From positions 2,932,108 through 2,996,107 of the forward strand of contig OZ240222.1 in assembly GCA_965197695.1 (NCBI GenBank): 64,000 nt of DNA. The letters are read 5' to 3'. The translations under genes were made by a program, and so were the position numbers. The first letter of the stretch is position 1; every line of letters begins with the position of its first letter. This DNA comes from Dehalococcoidia bacterium. GTDB taxonomy: Bacteria; Chloroflexota; Dehalococcoidia; Lucifugimonadales; UBA1123. Under the pieces are notes generated by a model. That model was not told where the DNA came from and made no database searches. It saw nothing but the letters and a program-made list of their open reading frames with translations. Shown here piece by piece: positions 54,742 to 64,000 of this stretch.

Positions 54742-54754
54742 CGGAGGATCAACA

Positions 54755-55675
54755 GTGACAGCCACCTCTCAATCTCAGGGGCTATCGCTCCATGACGCCG
54801 CCCGGTCGCAGGGGGTCACATTCGAGCGTGAGGCAGTGCCGGACGACCGGTTCGTCGAAGCCTACAGGATGCGGTTCCACTATCTGGACTGGGGCAATCC
54901 GGATGCGCCGGACATGCTCCTGCTGCACGGCTTCGCGCAGACTTGCCACTCCTGGGACTTTGTAGCGCTGGCTTTCTGCGACCGCTTCCATGTTGTAGCG
55001 CTGGACCAGCGGGGACACGGCGACAGCGATTGGTCGCCCAATGGCGACTACTCGCCGGAGACTCAGCAGGCGGATATCGCCGCAGTTGTCGCCGAGCTCG
55101 GGCTGAAGGAGTTCGTCCTCATGGGGCTGTCGATGGGCGGACGCAACGCCTTCACTTACGCCGCGCACAATACCGGCGATGTCCGCGCGCTGGTGATCGT
55201 CGACGCGGGTCCACAGAACATGCGGGCTGGCTCGGAAAAGATACGCAATTTCGTACAGCAGGACGATGAGCTGGACTCTGTCGACGACTTCGTGCAGCGT
55301 GTTCTGAGATACAATCCGCTGCGCGACCCCGTGCAAGTCCGCGGGTCGATCCTGCATAACCTCAGGCAGCTGCCCAACGGCAAGTGGACCTGGAAGTACG
55401 ACAGGCGTCTCCGCCAACCCAGCGCCCGGAGATTCCAGCAAGACCCTGAGATGAGCGGCCGGCTCTGGGGATACCTGGGAAGTCTGACATGCCCAACACT
55501 GGTTGTACGGGGGTCGCGGAGCGACATAGTCGCCTTGGACACCGCCAACGACATGCATGAGCACATCCCGAACGGACGACTGGCGACTGTGGAGAACGCC
55601 GGACACCTCGTGATGGGCGACAACCCGGCAGGGTTCGAGAGCGCGGTAACCGAATTCCTCTCGGACATCGTGTGA
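54755..55675 (+). CDS. alpha/beta hydrolase
   Basis: FHYLDWG, LLHGFAQ, and nucleophile elbow GLSMGG. GTG 54755 lies 7 nt after GGAGG; the track ORF is over-extended to 54695. Confidence 0.85.
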   Translation: MTATSQSQGLSLHDAARSQGVTFEREAVPDDRFVEAYRMRFHYLDWGNPDAPDMLLLHGFAQTCHSWDFVALAFCDRFHVVALDQRGHGDSDWSPNGDYSPETQQADIAAVVAELGLKEFVLMGLSMGGRNAFTYAAHNTGDVRALVIVDAGPQNMRAGSEKIRNFVQQDDELDSVDDFVQRVLRYNPLRDPVQVRGSILHNLRQLPNGKWTWKYDRRLRQPSARRFQQDPEMSGRLWGYLGSLTCPTLVVRGSRSDIVALDTANDMHEHIPNGRLATVENAGHLVMGDNPAGFESAVTEFLSDIV

Positions 55676-55728
55676 GGTCGAGCTGAGCCAACACCCGGGA
55701 ACAGCGGTATTCTTCTCGCGAGCCGATA

Positions 55729-55932
55729 TTATATCCAACCCTCTCTGATCCACACCGTTGACCAGGACTCCACCAGCATCTCCACGCTCTTGCTGTACCC
55801 CTTCGTCTTGCGCACCAACCAGTTGAGCTTCACCCTCAACACCGAGTGCAACCCCTCATTCCGATTCAGCTGGGTGCTGGAGTGGTCCCTCCTATAATTA
55901 TCAGCACTGAGAAGAGTACCGCCTTGGATCAA
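55729..55932 (-). mobile_element. IS1-family transposase C-terminal fragment (remnant, no intact IS)
   Basis: TQLNRNEGLHSVLRVKLNWLVRKTKGYSKSVEMLVESW matches the InsB C-terminal pattern (IERxNxxLRxxLxRLxRKxxxFSKSVE). There is no upstream catalytic region in any frame. Confidence 0.6.
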
Positions 55933-56199
55933 GTGTGATTGTTGTCATGACGTGAGTATAGTATCGAACGTCAACACAACCCAATACTTTTCTATAGTAA
56001 TCGAAAGACCCTGGGAGCGCTCATAGCGCCTTTTCGTTTGACCAGACGCGCTCTCGATCTGGCGCTCCCGGTTCGCTTCGGATCGCTTCTTGAGAAACTG
56101 CATCCGGCGCATAATGGCCCGACCAGCGTAAGTAGAATTGCCATGGACATAGGATCTCGATCGGATCGCCGGGGCGGTTCTTTCCTGAACGGACGAAAG

Positions 56200-56233
56200 A
56201 AAATGGGGGCCGGCATGCGCCGGCCCCCATTTT
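56200..56233 (-). terminator. perfect 34-nt palindrome, bidirectional intrinsic terminator
   Basis: AAAATGGGGGCCGGC-ATGC-GCCGGCCCCCATTTT has a 10-bp GC stem flanked by A/T runs on both sides. It lies 36 nt downstream of the collagen-like gene stop. Confidence 0.75.
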
Positions 56234-56269
56234 CACTTCAGACCCTTCTAGGTTGTCCTCACTCTCGCA

Positions 56270-57520
56270 CTAGTTAACTTTGGCACACACCGCGTACACG
56301 GTAAGCTCCCAGAGCCCAGCGTTCGAGTTCATCTCCGCGGCACTTGCCGTCCACCCTCGGGGAATCTCCCCGCTCAGACCCGTCGGGCGCGTTGCCACTA
56401 TAGCTGTGACGTCCCCAGTCGAACCGGACAACGACGCTCCACCAGAGATCGCAGACAAGTCCTCGCCAGCCACCTCGCACAGCACGGTTTCCGTCTTATC
56501 CTCGCTGTTCGACGGAGTCACTATTGTCACGATTTGGAGCTTGGATATTCCTGATTCGCCTTGTATGCCCTGAGGACCATGAGGTCCTTGGGTTCCAACA
56601 GCTCCAACAGCTCCGCGCTGTCCTGCCGGCCCTTGCTGTCCTATCGGCCCTATCGGCCCCTGAACTCCTTCCGGCCCTGCCGGTCCGGGCTGCCCAGGGC
56701 CGCCCTTCGGCCCCTGTGGCCCAATCGGTCCGAGTGGCCCCGCAGGACCTACTGGCCCTTGCGGTCCTGTAGCTCCAACCGGCCCCTGAGGTCCGGTTGG
56801 CCCCAACGGCCCCTGATCTCCTACGTCTCCCTTGATGCCCTCCGGTCCTTGTACGCCTGTATCACCCTTCACGCCGCGAGCTCCAATAGGTCCCTGAGGT
56901 CCGGTTGGCCCCTGGGGTCCGAGTGGTCCTGGCGGTCCACCTGGAGTTCCAGCCTCTCCGGGCTCTCCGGGCTCTCCCGGATCGCCTTTGGCTCCCTGTG
57001 GTCCCTGCGGGCCGGGGTCGCCCGTTTCACCCTGGTCGCCTGTGGCTCCTGGGGGTCCCTGCGGGCCTCCGGGGTCACCCTGGTCGCCTTTTTCTCCTGG
57101 AGGTCCCTGCGGGCCTCGGGCACCGGCGCTGCCATCCGCACCCGGCGCCCCGTCATTCCCTGCCTCGCCTGTAGGTCCTGGAGGACCTTGGTCTCCCTGC
57201 GGGCCTCGGGCACCGGCGCTGCCGTCGCTGCCATCGCTGCCATCCGCACCCGGCGCCCCATCAGTCCCTGCCTCGCCTTTAGATCCTGGAGATCCTGGAG
57301 CACCTTGGTCTCCTTGCGGACCCTGGTCTCCTTGCGGACCCTGGTTTCCCTGCGGCCCTGCGGCCCCCTGAGGCCCTGGGTTTCCCCGCAGACCCTGATC
57401 TCCTGTACAAGCGGAGATCACAAGCGCCACGACCACCGCAAGGGCCGTGGCTCCCAGCCATCTCCGAACGGTTCCGGTTGACTTCCAGCTACTTTTTGTG
57501 AATCCAGAAAAGGTCCTCAT
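56270..57520 (-). CDS. collagen-like (Gly-X-Y repeat) lipoprotein with a 92-aa globular C-terminal domain
   Basis: Signal peptide with lipobox LVISAC. About 95 Gly-X-Y triplets run from [13 protein letters not shown] to GIQGESG, with two one-residue interruptions. The C-terminal domain has 2 Cys. ATG 57520 lies 8 nt after GGAAGGAG. Confidence 0.85.
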   Translation of the reverse strand: MRTFSGFTKSSWKSTGTVRRWLGATALAVVVALVISACTGDQGLRGNPGPQGAAGPQGNQGPQGDQGPQGDQGAPGSPGSKGEAGTDGAPGADGSDGSDGSAGARGPQGDQGPPGPTGEAGNDGAPGADGSAGARGPQGPPGEKGDQGDPGGPQGPPGATGDQGETGDPGPQGPQGAKGDPGEPGEPGEAGTPGGPPGPLGPQGPTGPQGPIGARGVKGDTGVQGPEGIKGDVGDQGPLGPTGPQGPVGATGPQGPVGPAGPLGPIGPQGPKGGPGQPGPAGPEGVQGPIGPIGQQGPAGQRGAVGAVGTQGPHGPQGIQGESGISKLQIVTIVTPSNSEDKTETVLCEVAGEDLSAISGGASLSGSTGDVTAIVATRPTGLSGEIPRGWTASAAEMNSNAGLWELTVYAVCAKVN

Positions 57521-57541
57521 AGTCGCAACTCCTTCCACACT

Positions 57542-57571
57542 AAGCTACTATGCTTGAACTTACACCGTCAA
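57542..57571 (-). promoter_or_regulatory. promoter candidate for the collagen-like gene
   Basis: The minus strand reads TTGACG (57571-57566), 18 nt, TAGCTT (57547-57542), preceded by a T-rich UP-like run. Confidence 0.35.
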
Positions 57572-57866
57572 GTAAAAAAACGAGACTTTTCAGGGAGATG
57601 TTCGGATTGCTAGGAGATTGAAACAAGGTGAGACGCACTCATAATTGGACGTGTATAAAAATTAGTTCAAAATAAGGCCTCGCCTGTGATGTCGGGTTGG
57701 TGACTGTGGAAGAGCGCGAGACCAGCGTATAATTGCAGACAACATCCGTCGCCGTCCACTCATCGATTCGCAGCATAATCCCATAGCTCACCCTCACCCC
57801 CTCTACCCTGCCATCGAGAGAGGGGTAATAATCGAAACGAGTCGAACATCTACAAGGAGTCCTGAC

Positions 57867-58712
57867 ATGAACATCGGCATTTCTACGTTTCCGACCGACT
57901 ACTCGGTAGATATAGCTGTACTGGCCAGTAGGGCGGAGCAGATGGGGTTCGAGTCGCTATGGGTTCCCGAGCACCCGATTATCCCTGTGGAGACGAGCAG
58001 CCCGTGGCCCGGCTCCGCAGATGGCGTGATTCCCAAGGTGTATGCAGATATCGTCGATCCGTTCGTCGCGCTCGGCCGGGCTTCGGCGGTAACCGAGACG
58101 ATCAAACTGGGGACGGGCATCTGCTTGGTCCCAGAGCGTAATCCACTACTGCTTGCCAAGGAAGTAGCTACGCTGGACATGTACTCCGGCGGACGGTTCC
58201 TGTTCGGAATCGGCGCAGGCTGGCTCGAAGAGGAAACCGAGATCATGGGCGGGGACTTCCCCCACCGGTGGACTCAAACCAGGGAGGCAGTGATGGCGAT
58301 GAAGTCACTGTGGACCGACGTCAAGAGCGAGTATCACGGCAGCTATTACGACTTTCCGGCGGTCTACTCTTTCCCCAGGTCCGTACAACGCCCTCATCCT
58401 CCGGTTCTGCTCGGCGGCATGGCGCGGAATGTGTTCCGGCGCGTGGTCGCGTGGGGCGACGGCTGGATGCCGAATCGCGTAACGCCAGAGGACATCAGCG
58501 TCGGCAGACGGCGGATCGACGACCTGGCAACCGAGGCCGGACGCGATCCCGGGTCGATCTCGATCTCGGTGTTCGGACAGCCCGCTGACAGAAGCCTGGT
58601 CTCCGAGCTGCTGAGCGCCGGCGCCGATCGTGTCATGATACGGGTCGAGACCGCGGACGAGGAAGGGACGTTCGGCCAACTGGATCAGATCGCGGAAGCG
58701 GTCCTATCCTGA
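57867..58712 (+). CDS. luciferase-like (LLM) oxidoreductase, probably F420-dependent class
   Basis: 281 aa. MNIGISTFPTDY...GFESLWVPEHPIIP and the short length resemble the F420-dependent LLM subclass. Confidence 0.75.
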   Translation: MNIGISTFPTDYSVDIAVLASRAEQMGFESLWVPEHPIIPVETSSPWPGSADGVIPKVYADIVDPFVALGRASAVTETIKLGTGICLVPERNPLLLAKEVATLDMYSGGRFLFGIGAGWLEEETEIMGGDFPHRWTQTREAVMAMKSLWTDVKSEYHGSYYDFPAVYSFPRSVQRPHPPVLLGGMARNVFRRVVAWGDGWMPNRVTPEDISVGRRRIDDLATEAGRDPGSISISVFGQPADRSLVSELLSAGADRVMIRVETADEEGTFGQLDQIAEAVLS

Positions 58713-59746
58713 GAGTTGAACTTGGGGAGCACCTGCTCCCCGATCAGCCTGATCGACCGCTGAACGGCGTGTGTGTCCATCTCCCCGACGTTGAGCTTCA
58801 TCATGAGGTTGCGCACGCCGTGGTCGCGCAGCTCAGCGATTCCGTCGGCGACCTGGGCGGGTGTGCCGACGATGCACGACGCCTCGAAGACCTCTCCCGC
58901 AGGTGGCGGCTTGTTCGGGTCGAGTGGTGGGAAGCCCTCCGGATTATAGATCTCGCGTGCTTCCCTGAAGTGCTTGCGCTCGCGCCGGAATCCAGGCTCG
59001 CATAGCTCCCGCGCTTCTTGGTACGTCTCCGCCACGAAGACGTTCTTGGAGAACCAGCACTGGTCGAGGGCGGCTTCGATCGCCGGTTCGTCAAATCCGG
59101 CGCTGCTCATTTCGTCCCGGTATCCGGTGAGTCGAGATTGGATCACCTCGGCGTCCTGAACACCGATCAGAACCGGCCGGCCAATCCGGGCCATCGCCAT
59201 AGTGGACTCCGTGCTGATACATGCCCGGACCAGCGGCGGGTGCGGTTTCTGGTATGGCCGGGGACGAAGTCCGGGAAAGGCGACGTTCCAGAAGCGCCCG
59301 TTGTGCCGGACGTCTCCGGCAGTCCACGCCTCTATCATCAGCCCCTCCGCCTCGTCCAGCCGGGCCGCGCCCTCGTCCATCGATACACCAAAGCCGATGT
59401 ACTCGTAGGTGTTGAAAGCGGACCCACGACCGGTCCCAACGATCAGCCGTCCGTGGCTCAGATTGTCCAGCAGGGCAGTCTGGGCGGCGAGCCTGACGGG
59501 ATGGTGGAAGGCCATCTCTACGACAGCGAAACCGATCTTGATGTGTCTGGTCCTGGATGCGACCGCGGCGCCAAAAACGACCGGATCGACATAGGCGCAC
59601 GCCCCGTCGAAGTGGTGCTCCGTCAGCCAAGCCGCATGGAAGCCCATCTCGTCTTGCAGCTCGATTTCGGCGAGCGTGCTGTCTATGATCGCACCATCGT
59701 TATCCGGGTGATGGCTGACCGGGAATACGAACGAACCGAATCTCAT
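58685..59746 (-). CDS. luciferase-like (LLM) flavin-dependent oxidoreductase
   Basis: MRFGSFVFP...GFHAAWLTEHHFDG. ATG 59746 lies 6 nt after GGAG. Its 3' end overlaps the convergent LLM gene by 28 nt. Confidence 0.8.
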   Translation of the reverse strand: MRFGSFVFPVSHHPDNDGAIIDSTLAEIELQDEMGFHAAWLTEHHFDGACAYVDPVVFGAAVASRTRHIKIGFAVVEMAFHHPVRLAAQTALLDNLSHGRLIVGTGRGSAFNTYEYIGFGVSMDEGAARLDEAEGLMIEAWTAGDVRHNGRFWNVAFPGLRPRPYQKPHPPLVRACISTESTMAMARIGRPVLIGVQDAEVIQSRLTGYRDEMSSAGFDEPAIEAALDQCWFSKNVFVAETYQEARELCEPGFRRERKHFREAREIYNPEGFPPLDPNKPPPAGEVFEASCIVGTPAQVADGIAELRDHGVRNLMMKLNVGEMDTHAVQRSIRLIGEQVLPKFNSQDRTASAI

Positions 59747-59836
59747 GGGCAACTCCACGCCGGCGCGTCGGCCGGCTCCGCGGACAAGTATATATCAGGT
59801 AGCTCATTTAGTTGCCGTCTTTGACCTCACACATAT

Positions 59837-59876
59837 ACACTACGGTCAACACACGCACACTACGGTCAACACACGC
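59837..59876. repeat. perfect 20-bp tandem direct repeat x2 (ACACTACGGTCAACACACGC)
   Basis: Units at 59837-59856 and 59857-59876, in the divergent LLM/aminotransferase intergenic region. Confidence 0.9.
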
Positions 59877-59896
59877 CGCCAAGACGTACCGGGAGG

Positions 59897-61285
59897 GTGG
59901 ATATGGTCCAGCAGGTCGACGTCGAGGGCCTCAGACAGAAGGCCGTTCGTTATCTTTGGATGCACAATCGGGACTGGATTCAGATGGCCGAAGAGGGCGA
60001 GCCGATGATCGCCGTCGAAGGCGAAGGCGTTCGGATCATCGACGCCGAGGGTCGGAGCTGGATCGATGTCAACGGGGGATACAACTCCGTAAACGTCGGC
60101 TACGGCAGGCAGGAGATCGTGGACGCCGCATTCGAGCAGATGGTTCGCATATCGTACTTTCCCACCGGGACAACGACTGAGCCTACAGCGCGATTGGCCC
60201 GGAAGCTGGCGGAAATCACCCCGGGAACTCTGTCGAGGGTCTTCCCTGTGTCCGGTGGATCAGAGGCCAATGAGACCGCGATCAAGATCGCGCGTGCGTA
60301 CCATCGACGGAGGGGAGACTCCGGTCGGTACAAGATCATCAGTCGCCAGGGCTCGTACCACGGAACGACGGCAGGCGTGCTGTGGCTCGGTGGCACGCCG
60401 ACCACTCAGCGCGATGACTTCGAACCGGCCTATCCGGGCATGGTGTACGCGCCACACCCACTGCCGGTGCGGACCGGGTCCGAAGTCGAGACATCTTCGG
60501 AGTGCGCCGTGAGGTGCGCGCAGGCGGTCGAAGAGCTAATCAAGTTCGAAGGGCCGGAAACGGTGGCCGCGGTCATCGGCGAGCCGATAGCGATGCCGCT
60601 CGGGGCCGTGGTGCCCGGGGACGAGTACTGGCCGATGCTGCGGGAGATATGCGACCGCTACGGTGTTCTGCTGATCGCGGACGAGGTGATAAACGGCTTT
60701 GGCCGCACGGGCAGCATGTTCGCGATCGAGCATTGGAGTGTCGTTCCCGACATCATGACGATCGCAAAAGGCATCATCAGCTCGTACCTTCCCATGGCGG
60801 CCGCCATCGCATCCGATGATGTCGCGGGAGCGTTCGCGGGCGAGGAAGACTACCTACGGCACGTACTCACTTCGAGCGGACACCCGGTGTCGGCGGCCGC
60901 GTCGCTCAAGAATATCGAGATCATCGAGACCGAAGGCATGGTGCAGAACTCAGCCGACGTCGGGGCATACTTCAAGGAGCAGCTGGAAGGAATGATGGGC
61001 GATCACCCATCGATCGGTGAAGTGCGCGGCCGGGGCCTTCTGATGGGAATGGAGCTCGTCAAAGACCGCGAGACGTGGGAACCTTTCGCCCCGGAGGACC
61101 GGATCGTCGATCGGCTGAACGAGAGTTTCAAGAAGAACGGACTCATCCTTCGCGTAGCCGGACCAGTCGTCCAGATAGGGCCTCCTCTGTGTATCACCAC
61201 GTCGGAGGTTGACGAGATCATCCACGCATTAGACCTCAGCCTGTGGGAGTTTGAGGGGGACCTGGGGATTGCGCAGTATGCCTGA
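59897..61285 (+). CDS. class-III (omega) aminotransferase
   Basis: 462 aa. SGGSEANETAIKIAR, ADEVINGFGRTG, and the PLP lysine context TIAKGI. Confidence 0.9.
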   Translation: MDMVQQVDVEGLRQKAVRYLWMHNRDWIQMAEEGEPMIAVEGEGVRIIDAEGRSWIDVNGGYNSVNVGYGRQEIVDAAFEQMVRISYFPTGTTTEPTARLARKLAEITPGTLSRVFPVSGGSEANETAIKIARAYHRRRGDSGRYKIISRQGSYHGTTAGVLWLGGTPTTQRDDFEPAYPGMVYAPHPLPVRTGSEVETSSECAVRCAQAVEELIKFEGPETVAAVIGEPIAMPLGAVVPGDEYWPMLREICDRYGVLLIADEVINGFGRTGSMFAIEHWSVVPDIMTIAKGIISSYLPMAAAIASDDVAGAFAGEEDYLRHVLTSSGHPVSAAASLKNIEIIETEGMVQNSADVGAYFKEQLEGMMGDHPSIGEVRGRGLLMGMELVKDRETWEPFAPEDRIVDRLNESFKKNGLILRVAGPVVQIGPPLCITTSEVDEIIHALDLSLWEFEGDLGIAQYA

Positions 61286-62669
61286 TACAGCAACGAACGA
61301 AGCAGATATGGCGGTTCTGCCGCGGCAGGCCGCGCTGGACCACCTGTGGATGCACAACAGGAGCTGGACCACTGCCGCAGAGGCGGGCGGCCCGCCTGTC
61401 ATGGTCGAGGGGCAGGGGATCCGCGTCACTGACGCTGAAGGCCATGAGTGGATCGACGTAAACGGCGGTTACATGTGCGTAAACATAGGCTACGGCAGGC
61501 GAGAGTTGGCCGAGGCCATGCGGGAGCAGATGTCGAAGCTGGTCTATTTTCCGCAGGGCTCCGCGACCGAGCCACTGGTCGAGCTGGCCGCCAAGCTGGC
61601 CGAGATAGCTCCGGGCGCGCTGGAGCGCTCATGGCCGGTGACCGGGGGGTCGGAGGCTAACGAGACTGCCATCAAGATAGCGCGCGCCTACCACAAGCGC
61701 CGGGGCGAGTCGGGCAGGTACAAGATCATCAGTCGCAAAGGCTCGTACCACGGCGCGCTTGGCCTCACCATGTGGCTGGGCGGTGAGGCACGGCTTGAGG
61801 ACTACGAACCGGCTTTCCCGGGCATGATCCACGCTCCCCACCCGGACGCGTACAACTCCGGTGTACGAGGGGAGACCGATTCGCAGGCCGCTATTCGGTC
61901 CGCGGAGGCCATTGAGGATCTGATCAAGTTCCACGGCGCGTCCAGTGTGGCCGCGGTGATCGCTGAACCGGTGTCGTCGTCCATGGGGGCGGCGGTTCCT
62001 GGGGACGAGTACTGGCCGCTTCTGCGGCAGATATGCGACCGCTACGGCGTAATCCTGATCGCGGACGAGGTCATCAACGGGTTCGGCAGGACCGGAACGA
62101 TGTTCGCGATGGAGCACTGGGGAGTGACGCCGGACATACTGACAATGGCCAAAGGCATAACGTCCAGCTACGTGCCGCTCGCCAACGCGATCGTTACGCC
62201 GGAGGTCGCGGACGTGTTCGCGGGGACGGACAATATCTTCAGACAGGCCCTCACATTCGGAGGCCATCCCGTGACCGCGGCCGTCGCGCTCAAGAACATC
62301 GAGATCATAGAGTCCGAGGGGTTGGTGGACAACTCACGGGAAGTCGGCGCGCATATGCTGAACGGGCTTATCAGCCTATCAGAAGTCCATGAAATGATCG
62401 GCAACGTCCGAGGACTCGGCCTTCTCATGGGCATGGAGCTTGTCGCCGACCGCGACACCGGGGAGAGGTACCCGGAGGATGTTCATCTGAGTAAGCGGCT
62501 CAGTGCGGCGTTCGAATCGGAGAGGCTGGTCCTCCGATGCAGTGACCACCGGGTGACCGTCGGACCTCCGCTGTGCATCACGCGCGCCGAGGCCGATGAG
62601 ATCGTCGCCAAGCTGGACCGCGCGTTCTCGAAGGTGGAGGCTGGTTTGCCGGGCGCGCACATACGGTGA
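61278..62669 (+). CDS. class-III (omega) aminotransferase, tandem paralogue
   Basis: 463 aa from ATG 61278 (8-nt overlap with the upstream stop). TGGSEANETAIKIAR, ADEVINGFGRTG and TMAKGI. Confidence 0.9.
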   Translation: MPDTATNEADMAVLPRQAALDHLWMHNRSWTTAAEAGGPPVMVEGQGIRVTDAEGHEWIDVNGGYMCVNIGYGRRELAEAMREQMSKLVYFPQGSATEPLVELAAKLAEIAPGALERSWPVTGGSEANETAIKIARAYHKRRGESGRYKIISRKGSYHGALGLTMWLGGEARLEDYEPAFPGMIHAPHPDAYNSGVRGETDSQAAIRSAEAIEDLIKFHGASSVAAVIAEPVSSSMGAAVPGDEYWPLLRQICDRYGVILIADEVINGFGRTGTMFAMEHWGVTPDILTMAKGITSSYVPLANAIVTPEVADVFAGTDNIFRQALTFGGHPVTAAVALKNIEIIESEGLVDNSREVGAHMLNGLISLSEVHEMIGNVRGLGLLMGMELVADRDTGERYPEDVHLSKRLSAAFESERLVLRCSDHRVTVGPPLCITRAEADEIVAKLDRAFSKVEAGLPGAHIR

Positions 62670-62911
62670 GAGTAAGTTTCTAAAGTTCCCTCTTCCATCA
62701 AAGGGATAAGGGAAAACACTCCCTATGTAATGTCTTTGGAAAGGTCCGGGTACGCTGACGAGCGTGCTTCAATTGCGTCCCGCCGTTTGCTATACTCGCC
62801 GGGGCGTTCGGGTTGCTTCGTCACTCCGCCAGAGCGTCTCTCCCATCGTTTCATCTGCCGCCGGCGGCTTGACGCGCCCGCGGCCCAACCTGTACGACGG
62901 TCAAAAGCTGA

Positions 62912-64000
<1,089 letters not shown>

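Noticed and set aside
56561-57481. Several 90-300 aa ORFs on the plus strand and in other minus frames across the collagen-like gene.
   Set aside because: They are frame artefacts of the GGN-CCN-rich triplet repeat (Pro/Ser/Leu/Arg-rich translations). Only the Gly-X-Y frame has a signal peptide, an SD and a globular C-terminus.

Overview
This is a 64 kb chromosomal segment from a high-GC bacterium, coded densely on both strands. I count about 60 protein genes and 2 tRNAs. I see no rRNA, CRISPR array, integrase or recognisable defence locus.

Backbone genes, in order:
- formyltransferase (cut by the 5' edge), fabF, folC, an M24 peptidase
- tRNA-Pro(TGG), membrane pyrophosphatase hppA, tRNA-Leu(TAA)
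- prs, cofE, polX, secA, dtd
- a ubiD-ubiA-ubiX cluster, cmk-plsC, glmS
- purA (cut by the 3' edge)

Between these lies a paralogue-rich catabolic set:
- 2 amidases, each preceded by a GatC/AtzG-like mini-ORF
- 2 family-III CoA-transferases and 2 class-III aminotransferases
- 2 luciferase-like oxidoreductases and 2 SDRs
- 3 alpha/beta hydrolases and 3 MFS transporters

This content, together with F420 (cofE), suggests a Chloroflexota genome of the SAR202 type. That is an inference only.

Two spots look non-backbone:
- 16.0-17.6 kb is a repeat-dense stretch with one compositionally odd orphan ORF, bracketed by two copies of a 46-47 nt hairpin element.
- 55.7-57.9 kb holds an IS1-family transposase remnant, a perfect palindromic terminator, a roughly 95-triplet collagen-like lipoprotein gene and an AT-rich spacer.

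Other items worth a second look:
- a PqqD-like (peptide-recognition) domain fused to a Memo-family domain next to cofE
- an aspartate/ornithine-carbamoyltransferase-fold protein with a broken STRTR motif
- a CinA-like/NadD-like fusion heading the ubiDAX cluster
- a leaderless-looking NYN gene with an 11-bp inverted repeat over its promoter
- an intrinsic terminator 13 nt before the hppA start codon
- a weak ZTP-riboswitch-like motif upstream of the formyltransferase

I did not find a complete, clearly novel multi-gene system. All family assignments come from motifs read by eye and need HMM or covariance-model confirmation.
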